64,000 bases of DNA from Candidatus Omnitrophota bacterium (GTDB lineage Bacteria; Omnitrophota; Gorgyraeia; JABMRG01; JAFGKX01). The position numbers were made by a program, and so were the translations under genes. The stretch spans positions 23,340-87,339 of the forward strand of contig JAZDPX010000017.1 of NCBI GenBank assembly GCA_043797125.1, in the 5' to 3' direction. This document shows, one piece after another, positions 47,652 through 56,449 of the stretch. The notes beneath the pieces were generated by a model. That model was not told where the DNA came from, searched no databases, and saw only the letters and a list, made by a program, of their open reading frames with translations. The first letter of the stretch is position 1, and the number at the start of each line of letters is the position of its first letter.

Positions 47652-48176
47652 ATGGGGCAAGTAAAAAGAATTCAAACTGTAAAGTTAATCTGCGGACTGA
47701 TAAGCGTTGACGCAGCGCTCTTTCAAAGATCGGCAAAACTCTTAAGCGGAAAATTCGGCGCTATAGATTACAAAAGCCCGATATTTGATTTTGACTTTAC
47801 CGATTATTATAAAGAGGAAATGGGCACAAACCTTAAAAGGCAATTTTTGAGTTTTTCAAGGCTTATTAATCCGGAGCTTTTGCCAAAAATAAAATTATAT
47901 ACAAACAAGATTGAGGCGAAGTTTGCACGTAATAATAAGCGCACGGTTAATATTGACCCGGGTTATATTACAGCCGCAAAATTAATTTTAGCAACAACCA
48001 AGGACTATAGCCACAGGATATATCTTAACAGGGGAATTTATGCCGAAATAACACTGACATATAGGGGCGATAGTTTTACTCAGGGCGAGCTTACGTTTCC
48101 GGATTACAGGACAGAGCATTACATAGAAACGTTTAATAAAATAAGGCGGATTTATATGGGGCAAATTAAACTATGA
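47652..48176 (+). CDS. DUF4416-family protein
   Basis: TDYY..EMG, R.VNIDPGY, LATTKDYSHRIYL..GIYAE, FPDY. Confidence 0.8.
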   Translation: MGQVKRIQTVKLICGLISVDAALFQRSAKLLSGKFGAIDYKSPIFDFDFTDYYKEEMGTNLKRQFLSFSRLINPELLPKIKLYTNKIEAKFARNNKRTVNIDPGYITAAKLILATTKDYSHRIYLNRGIYAEITLTYRGDSFTQGELTFPDYRTEHYIETFNKIRRIYMGQIKL

Positions 48177-48952
48177 TACCTCACGACAAAATATACATAC
48201 ATATGCCCTTTAACAACCTGATAAATAACCTGGATGAATTTTGCCGGCTTAAATTTAACTGCGAGATTTATTTTGCCGCTGATGCGTTGACAACTATCCG
48301 GGGGGGCCAGATAAAGAGGATTAATGCCGCGTTTGACAAAAACAACATAAAAAGATCCATACATGCGCCTTTTATGGACCTAAACCCGGGCAGTTATGAT
48401 ATGGAAATAAGGCAGATAAGTATTAATAGATACAAACAAAGCATTGATGCATGCGTAAAACTTAAAGCCGAAAGAATGGTTGTTCATACGCACTACAGCC
48501 CCATATTCCACAGAGGCCATAAAGAGGCATGGCTTGCCAATACAGCCTCGGGCATTAACAGTGTTTGCGATTACGCCGCTAAAAAGAGCGTTACTATAGC
48601 TGTTGAGAATTCCCTTGATGACTCAAGCTGGCCTACCCTTGAATTGCTAAAGCAAGTAGGCAGGCTTAAGGCGTGTTTTGATGTTGCCCATTATAATGTC
48701 TTTAGCCCGCTTGGATGGGAGGCGGAGCTCGCGCAGTATAAGCCTGATTCAATTTTGGAAGTGCATCTTTCCGATAATAACGGTAAGGCAGATGAACATT
48801 TGCCGCTCGGCGAAGGCATAATTGATTTTAAAAAATTCCTAAAAATAATTGCAGAAAAAAACATATCGCCGTTTATAACTATCGAGCCGCACGATAAGGA
48901 AGGGCTGTATAAGGGGTTGGAGTATATAAAGAAATTAAAAATTAAAAATTAA
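48173..48952 (+). CDS. Sugar phosphate isomerase/epimerase (xylose-isomerase-like TIM barrel)
   Basis: HAPF.DLNPGS, VEN, FDVAH, HLSDN.G..D.HL.LG.G.ID, TIE. Confidence 0.85.
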   Translation: MIPHDKIYIHMPFNNLINNLDEFCRLKFNCEIYFAADALTTIRGGQIKRINAAFDKNNIKRSIHAPFMDLNPGSYDMEIRQISINRYKQSIDACVKLKAERMVVHTHYSPIFHRGHKEAWLANTASGINSVCDYAAKKSVTIAVENSLDDSSWPTLELLKQVGRLKACFDVAHYNVFSPLGWEAELAQYKPDSILEVHLSDNNGKADEHLPLGEGIIDFKKFLKIIAEKNISPFITIEPHDKEGLYKGLEYIKKLKIKN

Positions 48953-49041
48953 AAATGCAAAATTACAATGCAAAATTAAAAAATTAAATAATTTTAAATT
49001 TTTAATTGCAATTTTTAATTTTACATTTTGAATTTTGAATT
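48931..49041. repeat. Inverted array of 7-nt AT-rich repeats (AAAAATT/AAAATGC ... ATTTTGA)
   Basis: Tandem heptamers followed by complementary heptamers; a half-array of the same type lies at 18969-19001. Confidence 0.7.
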
Positions 49042-49059
49042 AAAACGCTCGATAACACT

Positions 49060-49812
49060 ATGAAGATTGCGAGATTCACATATAAAAATAAAACCTGCTA
49101 CGGAAAGGTTTCCGGAAAATATCTTAATATTATAAGCGGGTCGATTTTTGGAAAATTTAAAATTACAAATAAAAAAGCAGCTATTTCAAAAGTCAGGCTC
49201 CTTGTCCCGGTGCAACCGAGCAAAATAATATGCGTCGGCTTAAACTACAAAGACCACGCAAAGGAATTAAATATGCCAATTCCTGAAGAACCTGTAATAT
49301 TCATAAAACCGGCGACTTCAGTTATAGGCACGGGCGACAAAATTAAATATCCTAAATCTGCAAATAGAATTGACTACGAAGCCGAGCTTGCTGTTGTAAT
49401 TAAGAAAAACGCAAAAGATGTTAGTGCTAAACGAGCAAAAGATTATATTCTCGGCTACACCTGTTTAAATGATGTAACAGCAAGAGATATACAAAAACGC
49501 GACATGCAATGGACAAGGGCAAAATCTTTTGACACCTTTTGTCCTGTCGGCCCGTATATCTCTACAGGCATAGACCCAGATAATCTATATATAAAGCTAT
49601 TTCTGAACAACGAGCAAAAACAGTCCTCTAACACGTCTAACTTAATATATAAAATTGACGAGCTTATCAGCTTTATATCAAGCGTCATGACGCTAAAACC
49701 GGCTGACATCATTGCAACAGGAACACCCCCCGGCGTAGGCCCTATGAATTCAGGCGATAAAGTGCAGGTAGAGATCGAAAAAATCGGCGTTCTTACAAAT
49801 TTTTTGCTTTGA
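49060..49812 (+). CDS. Fumarylacetoacetate hydrolase family protein
   Basis: KIICVGLNY.DH, DYEAEL, NDVTARD, AKSFDTF, TGTP.GVG. Confidence 0.93.
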   Translation: MKIARFTYKNKTCYGKVSGKYLNIISGSIFGKFKITNKKAAISKVRLLVPVQPSKIICVGLNYKDHAKELNMPIPEEPVIFIKPATSVIGTGDKIKYPKSANRIDYEAELAVVIKKNAKDVSAKRAKDYILGYTCLNDVTARDIQKRDMQWTRAKSFDTFCPVGPYISTGIDPDNLYIKLFLNNEQKQSSNTSNLIYKIDELISFISSVMTLKPADIIATGTPPGVGPMNSGDKVQVEIEKIGVLTNFLL

Positions 49813-49850
49813 CTTTAATGCAAGAACTGGTATATAATGTGTATTTAATA

Positions 49851-49876
49851 GTAGGGCACCCTTAAGGGTGCCCTAC
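49851..49876. repeat. 26-bp GTAG palindrome, copy B
   Basis: GTAGGGCACCCTTAAGGGTGCCCTAC. Confidence 0.9.
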
Positions 49877-49904
49877 AAATTTATATTCGGGAGCTATCTA
49901 TACA

Positions 49905-50432
49905 ATGGATATCATAGAAGCATGGGAAAAGGCCTTAAAAAATACTGAAATTTTCAGGACAAGGATACGTTTTCTGGAAACTTTCATTCACACAGATATT
50001 CCCTATATCTTTTTGGCAGAATCGTCGCTTAACATTGGAGACACAATAGTGAGAAACGGCAGGGTTATTGTGGAAAGGCCTTCTATTATCCTGCCTGGGA
50101 ATATGCCGCAATTTTTGGGTTTTGATTTTGAAGACTCTCTGCACATAGATAGCAATAAAATAATCGATTTTTTATTGATCAGGGGAGTGCGTTTTCCTTC
50201 GCTGAAATATAATAACAGTATTTCACACGTAGACATATACGAAGGCCCCCTGAAAAAGGCCATAGAGCATTATAAAGAAAAGCTGCAGAGAGTAGAAGAC
50301 ACCAACACGGGATTAATTATCGGGCCTGAAGATTGCTGGCAGTTGTCTGCGCTAATTTTTATAAGCACCATTGTGTCCAGATCGGCAGAAGAGGACATAA
50401 GAAGACTTTTTGATCAATATAAAAACAACTAG
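49905..50432 (+). CDS. Hypothetical protein
   Basis: Clean 175-aa ORF with upstream TTGACT-N18-TATAAT; no motif recognised. Confidence 0.7.
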   Translation: MDIIEAWEKALKNTEIFRTRIRFLETFIHTDIPYIFLAESSLNIGDTIVRNGRVIVERPSIILPGNMPQFLGFDFEDSLHIDSNKIIDFLLIRGVRFPSLKYNNSISHVDIYEGPLKKAIEHYKEKLQRVEDTNTGLIIGPEDCWQLSALIFISTIVSRSAEEDIRRLFDQYKNN

Positions 50433-50552
50433 TCGTTATCCCTCCCTTATCAGTTCCACTAATACATATAGATATACTAATTTATTTCACGACTTGACTT
50501 TAAAGTTACCGTGTAGTAAACTATTTAATTAATGTTATAAGCGGAGGAGTGC

Positions 50553-51965
50553 GTGTCAAATTTTATTGAGCAGGTATCATTAGTTCCAAGGCCTTTGCGC
50601 TATAAACTTATGGTAGCTTTTGCGCTTATGTCCGTAATCCCTTTGCTTGTTTGCGTATATCTGGTTATCAATTTTGTTTTTCCCAAATATGAAACCATGA
50701 TGGGTTCTGTCAGCGCGCTTATTTTAGTCACTGTTTTCTTAACGCTTTCAGGACTGCGCCTTGCAAAAGAAATGATCATGCCCATTGTGCGAATGTCCCA
50801 GGATGCAAAAAAAATAGCAAACGGAGATTACCAATATTCCGTTAATGTCGTTGGGGAAGACGAGATATCTGATCTGGCCAAGTCATTGAATACCATGTCG
50901 CAGGCTATTAAGGACAATATAGCGGAACTTAAAAGATACGGCGAACGGACAAAAGACATAAATATAGACATAAACAAAAAAATACTGGCGTTGTCCGGGC
51001 TTTTGCAAATCGGCAGCCTTATTTCATCGGGCACGGAATTAAAAAACATAATCGAGATACTAGTCGCAAAAATAGCTGACATAGAGAACGGTTCACCGAC
51101 AGCAATAATGCGCTTGAATGATGAGACAGATATGCTTGAACCAATTTCCTTTCTCAATTTTAAATCTGACAATGCGATAAACCAGGCTGTTACCTTAGGC
51201 CGCAGCCTGCTTGGCAGGGTTGCTGTTGAAACAAGAGAAATAATTATTGACTCAAATACGCTAGAAATTGCCCCTGATACAAAAATGCTTTTAAAAAATT
51301 ACAATATCAATAATCTGGTTGCGATACCTCTTATCATAAACAATAGATGCAAGGGTATTCTATTAACAGGGAACTCAAAGCCTTCATATGTATATACTGA
51401 CGACGATATAGAACTCTTAAAAGTTTTTGCAAAACAGGCTGTCATAGCCATAAGCAACGACAGCCTTAATAGAAGGGCCGCGGAATTGGAAATTGTAGAC
51501 GAACTGACTGGGTTGTATAATCAGACATATTTCATGGAAAGATTTGACGAAGAAATCAAAAGGGCTATTATGTATCAAAGGCCATGTTCGTTTATAATTT
51601 TAAAAATAAACCAATTTGACGCATATTGCGAGAAAAATAGCAGAATGGCGGGTGAGGCAGCGCTTCGAAAAATAGGCAAGCTGGTTATTGAAAATATCAC
51701 CGCGGTAGATAAAGCAGCCAGGATTGCTGATGATGAATTCGTTATAATGCTTCCCGAGAGGAATAAAAGGGAGGCCAGCGTGATAAGCAAGGAGATAACA
51801 AGAAAGATATCAGAGCTTGTCATAGATAAGAGTGCGCAAGAAGAGCCTCACAACCTGACGGCCTCTTGCGGCATTAGCGAAAACCCGCTTGATGGCGCAA
51901 CCAGAGAAGAGCTTGTTACAAAGGCCCGCAACAGGCTTGATGAATCTATGAAGGTACAAAAGTAG
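50553..51965 (+). CDS. Membrane sensor with HAMP-GAF-GGDEF domains (degenerate active site)
   Basis: Two TMs; HAMP (DEISDLAKSLN.M); GAF; DELTGLYN; ARIADDEF instead of GGDEF. Confidence 0.85.
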   Translation: MSNFIEQVSLVPRPLRYKLMVAFALMSVIPLLVCVYLVINFVFPKYETMMGSVSALILVTVFLTLSGLRLAKEMIMPIVRMSQDAKKIANGDYQYSVNVVGEDEISDLAKSLNTMSQAIKDNIAELKRYGERTKDINIDINKKILALSGLLQIGSLISSGTELKNIIEILVAKIADIENGSPTAIMRLNDETDMLEPISFLNFKSDNAINQAVTLGRSLLGRVAVETREIIIDSNTLEIAPDTKMLLKNYNINNLVAIPLIINNRCKGILLTGNSKPSYVYTDDDIELLKVFAKQAVIAISNDSLNRRAAELEIVDELTGLYNQTYFMERFDEEIKRAIMYQRPCSFIILKINQFDAYCEKNSRMAGEAALRKIGKLVIENITAVDKAARIADDEFVIMLPERNKREASVISKEITRKISELVIDKSAQEEPHNLTASCGISENPLDGATREELVTKARNRLDESMKVQK

Positions 51966-51984
51966 GGCAAGGAGCTTATAAAGT

Positions 51985-52440
51985 ATGATAACGCCTCCGA
52001 GAAGGATGATATCAAAGCAGCTTGGTGAATTGCTGATTGAACAGAAAATAATAAGTGAAGCCCAGCTGCAAAAGGCCCTCCAGGTTCAAAAGGAGAAAGG
52101 CGGGCTTATCGGCAGCATCTTGGTTTTGCTGGGATTTGCTACAGAAGAACAGATAGCCCAGGCTTTAACAGCGCAATACGGTTTCCCTTATCTGCCTCTT
52201 CAAAACTATGACATAGACCCGGAAGTAGTTAAACTAATACCCAGGAACGTGGCTGAGCAATATGTTTTGATCGCTATAGACAAAATCGGGAATTCCCTTA
52301 CAATTGCTATTGCTAACCCTCTTAACTTACACGCACTCGAGGATGTTGAGCTTATTACTAATTGCAAGGTTCAAACTTTTGTAAGCACTCAGACAGATAT
52401 AAAAGAGACGATCAAAAAATATTATGGTTCAAACCCTTAA
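51985..52440 (+). CDS. Stand-alone MshEN/GspE N-terminal domain protein
   Basis: QLGELLIEQKII...QL..AL..Q.....IGSIL...G.......AL..Q, followed by the GSPII_E_N pattern (IAIANPLN..ALED); no ATPase domain. Confidence 0.85.
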   Translation: MITPPRRMISKQLGELLIEQKIISEAQLQKALQVQKEKGGLIGSILVLLGFATEEQIAQALTAQYGFPYLPLQNYDIDPEVVKLIPRNVAEQYVLIAIDKIGNSLTIAIANPLNLHALEDVELITNCKVQTFVSTQTDIKETIKKYYGSNP

Positions 52441-54136
52441 GGAAAAAATAGTAGAGACTCTGCTTGCAAAAAACCTACTGACTCAAAAACAGCTTGATGA
52501 GGCATTAAAGACCCAGAAACAACAAGGCGGAAAGCTTAGCAGTATATTGATAAAACTGGGATTTGTTGCAGAAAAAGACATAGCTTATGTTTTAAGTCAA
52601 AGCCTTAATATCCCGACGATAAATCTGGAAAAGTATAAAGTCGACCCCGCCCTAATAGAACTAATACCTAAACAAACTGCCTATCGTTATGAGGCAATTC
52701 CAGTATCAAAAATGGAAAAAACGCTAACCATCGCTATGGCGGATCCTTTGAATGTCTTTGCGCTGGACGACCTTTCTTCTTTGACAGGTTTTCAGGTACG
52801 GGCTGTGATCGCGACATCCAAAGAAATCCTGGAAGCTATTGAAAGAAGTTACACCACCCACACGCACGCTGCCCTGGAAGAAGTTGTCGGAGATATGCTA
52901 AAACCTGACGAGCTTACCACGCATGTCCTTGAGTCAAAAACATTAGACACGGTAGAGCTCAAACATATGGTGAACGAAGTCCCTGTAGTAAAGGTAACTA
53001 ATATGATACTGGCAGAGGCAACTAAACTAAAGGCGAGCGACGTACTAATTGAACCCTTGGAAAGCCTTACAAGGGTAAGGTACCGCATAGACGGACTTTT
53101 GCAGGAAGCAAGGACTTTGCCAAAAAATATGCATGACGCTGTAATCACCAGGATAAAGGTCATGTCAGAATTAAATATATCGGAGCACCGCCTGCCGCAA
53201 GACGGCAGATTTAAATTAAAATATAAAGACAGGTACGTTGATTTTAGAATATCTGTTTTACCCAGCAGCTACGGAGAGAAGGCGAGCATGAGAATATTGG
53301 ATAAAGCACAGGTCACTCTTGATATAGAAAAGCTTGGCATAGAGGGGAGTTCGCTTAAGGAAATAAACACTGCTGCCATGCGCCCGCACGGCATGATATT
53401 ATCATGCGGGCCAACAGGCAGCGGCAAGACAACGACATTATACTCAATTCTTAAAAAAATTGATTCTCCCGACAGAAATATTATAACTGTTGAGGACCCG
53501 GTAGAATTTGACTTGGCAGGCATAAATCAGGTAAATGCCAGGCCGGAAATAGGCCTTACATTTGGCGCTGCCTTGCGTTCGATATTAAGGCAGGACCCGG
53601 ATATTATTATGGTCGGCGAAATAAGAGATTACGAGACAGCGGATATCGCGATAAAGGCCGCGCTTACAGGGCATCTGGTATTAAGCACATTACACACCAA
53701 TACGGCTCCCGGAGCAATTACAAGGATGGTCAATATGGGCATTGAACCTTTTTTAATCGCGTCCAGCGTTGTTTTAATTGTCGCGCAAAGGTTAATACGC
53801 GTAATCTGCCCGAAGTGCAAAGAACACTATGAAATAGACGAAGCTATTAAAAAAGAATTTGACCTGTCAAAAATAAAACAAACCGTATTTTATAGAGGTA
53901 AAGGATGCGAGGCGTGTTTAGGCACAGGTTATAAAGGTAGAACTTGTATTGTCGAGGCCGTTGCCCTGGATGCAAAGGTAAGGTTGGCTGTCATGAATAA
54001 GGCCTCAGAACATGAAATCAAAGCTATTGCCCGGCAAAACGGCATGGAAACCTTGCGAGAAGCAGGGCTTAATAAGGCCATGAATGGCATAACATCACTC
54101 GAAGAAGTTATACGGGTGAGCGTTGCGGATAAATAA
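52424..54136 (+). CDS. pilB: Type IV pilus/T2SS assembly ATPase PilB/GspE, paralog 1
   Basis: GPTGSGKTTT, EDPVE, LRQDPDIIMVGEIRD, TLHTN, CPKC..C..C. Confidence 0.92.
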   Translation: MVQTLKEKIVETLLAKNLLTQKQLDEALKTQKQQGGKLSSILIKLGFVAEKDIAYVLSQSLNIPTINLEKYKVDPALIELIPKQTAYRYEAIPVSKMEKTLTIAMADPLNVFALDDLSSLTGFQVRAVIATSKEILEAIERSYTTHTHAALEEVVGDMLKPDELTTHVLESKTLDTVELKHMVNEVPVVKVTNMILAEATKLKASDVLIEPLESLTRVRYRIDGLLQEARTLPKNMHDAVITRIKVMSELNISEHRLPQDGRFKLKYKDRYVDFRISVLPSSYGEKASMRILDKAQVTLDIEKLGIEGSSLKEINTAAMRPHGMILSCGPTGSGKTTTLYSILKKIDSPDRNIITVEDPVEFDLAGINQVNARPEIGLTFGAALRSILRQDPDIIMVGEIRDYETADIAIKAALTGHLVLSTLHTNTAPGAITRMVNMGIEPFLIASSVVLIVAQRLIRVICPKCKEHYEIDEAIKKEFDLSKIKQTVFYRGKGCEACLGTGYKGRTCIVEAVALDAKVRLAVMNKASEHEIKAIARQNGMETLREAGLNKAMNGITSLEEVIRVSVADK

Positions 54137-54167
54137 GGTTAAAGGATAAAGGTTAAAGGACGAGAAA

Positions 54168-54458
54168 ATGGAGTTAATACATACGGTTAGGGTAACGGAC
54201 GCAATTATGGCTTATGCGACTGCTGTAATGGCGGTATTTACAATAGTTATTTTTTTGGCTTTGATTTATTGCGCTGCTTTGATAAAAAGGGGCCTTGCGG
54301 GTTTGCGCGTCTATTTGAAATTTGCAAGTATGCAACAGGCAATAATGAATAAAAATATAATTAATTTATTTCCCGGAACAGACCAAGAGAAGCAAAGAGC
54401 AAAAAAGGAGCTGGATGCTGTCACTGGCAACATACTGAATGATATAGAGACGTTTTAG
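54168..54458 (+). CDS. Small membrane hypothetical protein flanked by direct repeats
   Basis: 96-aa ORF with N-terminal TM; AAGGTTAAAGGATAAAGG on both sides (54135 and 54461). Confidence 0.6.
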   Translation: MELIHTVRVTDAIMAYATAVMAVFTIVIFLALIYCAALIKRGLAGLRVYLKFASMQQAIMNKNIINLFPGTDQEKQRAKKELDAVTGNILNDIETF

Positions 54459-54478
54459 GAAAGGTTAAAGGATAAAGG

Positions 54479-54850
54479 ATGGTAGAAACGAAAAAAATTT
54501 TAATAGTTGATGATGACAAACAGATAAGAGACCTGCTAAGCGATTACCTGACAAAAAAGGGCTTCATGGTAAGCACCGCTAAAGACGGGCTAGAGGCGAT
54601 AAGTAAGTCTGAAGCAGAAAAATTTGATTATATTTTTCTAGATATAAAAATGTCCGGGCTAAACGGCGTCGAGGTGTTCAAACATATAAAGCAAAACAAG
54701 CCCCAGACAAACATAATTATAATGACAGGTTTTCGCATTATGGCTGAAGAACTTATGTCTGATGAATTAAAAAAACAGATCCATACAATCTTGTATAAAC
54801 CGTTCAGCATGAAGTGTGTTTTAAAATGTGTCGGGAGCAAGTGCGAATAA
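54479..54850 (+). CDS. Single-domain response regulator (CheY-like)
   Basis: ILIVDDD, FLDIKM, MTG, KPF. Confidence 0.9.
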   Translation: MVETKKILIVDDDKQIRDLLSDYLTKKGFMVSTAKDGLEAISKSEAEKFDYIFLDIKMSGLNGVEVFKHIKQNKPQTNIIIMTGFRIMAEELMSDELKKQIHTILYKPFSMKCVLKCVGSKCE

Positions 54851-56449
54851 ATGGGATTATTCCGGTATATCCAAAGAATTTCTTTGCGTAGGAAGTGGCT
54901 CCCCTTTCTAATAATACTTCCTTTTTTTGTGCCTATTCAGAGCGCAAGGCCTCAATATAAAATCATGCTGGATATCAAACTTGACCCGCCTAAGTATATA
55001 CAAACTAACCAAGAACGCATAAAATGGATAGACCAACAGATAGACTCACTTACAAACGAGTTTGGCGAAAAACAACTCCCTTTAATAAAAGAGCAGCTTT
55101 TCATCTTTCTCGGGGCAAATAATACGCTGAAAGTTGAAATAACCAGTTTCCAGCAGCAAAACCTTAAACTTGCTGTTAATAAGATAGTGTCTACTTATAT
55201 GGATAAGGCGAATAACCGCGAACAGGCGGTTCAGTTTAAGACATATGAATCAAGAAAGAGCGACCTTGATCTGCTAAGCGATAAACTCGCAAAGGCGCAA
55301 TCTCAGGCGCAGGCCTGCGCAACCGCATTAACAGACTTTCAGAAACAGAAAATTGCGGATAATACGCCGCAAATAACAAAAGAACTTGATAATATCAAGG
55401 TAAAGCTTTCAAGCATGCAGGCAGTATATACTGTTGAACACCCAATGATAAAGGATATACTCATACAAGCTGGGCAAAAAGAGGCGCAGCTGGCTGCTGC
55501 TACAGCTGAGTTGGCCAAACAGCAGCAAAATGAGAACAAATTAAGCGAGGCCAGCAAAAATACAAACAAGGTAGCAACCGATCTCTTAAACGATTATGAT
55601 GCGTTGAAAAAAGAAACAATCATGCCGACACTGCAGGACCAAAATGTTGCAGCAATAGTAAATGAACCGCTTGTTACCTCCTTGGCTGACCCTAAAGCAA
55701 AAATGGCAGACCTTTCATCCAAACTGCTGGTAGGGCTGTTGGCTGCATTTTTGCTGGGCTATGTTACAGAGGCATCTGATAAAACCGTCTGGAATGAAAG
55801 CGAAATAAAAAAAGACCTCGGCATAAGAACGCTTGGGACTATTGCGGCAGTAAAAACTGGAAATATTGCAACAAGGCTGCTTATAGACTGCGATAAAAAC
55901 TCTGAGATTGTCAGGTCTTTTGAGTCTTTTCGCTCAAATATACAATTTATAAATCTTGCCATCACGCTGAAGACAATATTATATTCTTCGTTGTTAAACA
56001 AAAACGTGGATTTTTTAGCAGGAAATCTGGCAATATCAATGACCATGATTGGCGGCAGGGTCGGGCTACTTAATATAAGCCGCGCCCCATTAAAATACGA
56101 GAAATTGCTTTTACCGCCTTCTGAGGAAAACCTCCAATCTACAAAAGGCGAATTGGATTTTGCTGACACTAAAGTAAAAAATCTTAAAATTTTAGCTTTA
56201 ACAAATACTGATATTTTTGATAAGCAAAAGGCGCAAGAACTGTTTGCAGGCATAGAAGATAAGTTTGACGTACTTATCATTGACGCACCCGCTGTCACGG
56301 ATTCCGTTGGTACTGCCGCCCTGGCGTCTATAAGCGACGGCGTGATTCTAGGAGCGCAAGCTAAACAGACGCAAAGAGACTTTATATCGAGAAACTATAA
56401 AATACTAAATGAAATTAATACCAGAGTGCTGGGAGTAATAGTGCAATGA
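54851..56449 (+). CDS. Wzc/GumC-like coiled-coil membrane protein with degenerate BY-kinase domain
   Basis: Coiled coil with YTVEHP, TM, ESFRSNIQF, FDVLIIDAPAV; Walker A GKS absent and no Tyr-rich tail. Confidence 0.7.
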   Translation: MGLFRYIQRISLRRKWLPFLIILPFFVPIQSARPQYKIMLDIKLDPPKYIQTNQERIKWIDQQIDSLTNEFGEKQLPLIKEQLFIFLGANNTLKVEITSFQQQNLKLAVNKIVSTYMDKANNREQAVQFKTYESRKSDLDLLSDKLAKAQSQAQACATALTDFQKQKIADNTPQITKELDNIKVKLSSMQAVYTVEHPMIKDILIQAGQKEAQLAAATAELAKQQQNENKLSEASKNTNKVATDLLNDYDALKKETIMPTLQDQNVAAIVNEPLVTSLADPKAKMADLSSKLLVGLLAAFLLGYVTEASDKTVWNESEIKKDLGIRTLGTIAAVKTGNIATRLLIDCDKNSEIVRSFESFRSNIQFINLAITLKTILYSSLLNKNVDFLAGNLAISMTMIGGRVGLLNISRAPLKYEKLLLPPSEENLQSTKGELDFADTKVKNLKILALTNTDIFDKQKAQELFAGIEDKFDVLIIDAPAVTDSVGTAALASISDGVILGAQAKQTQRDFISRNYKILNEINTRVLGVIVQ

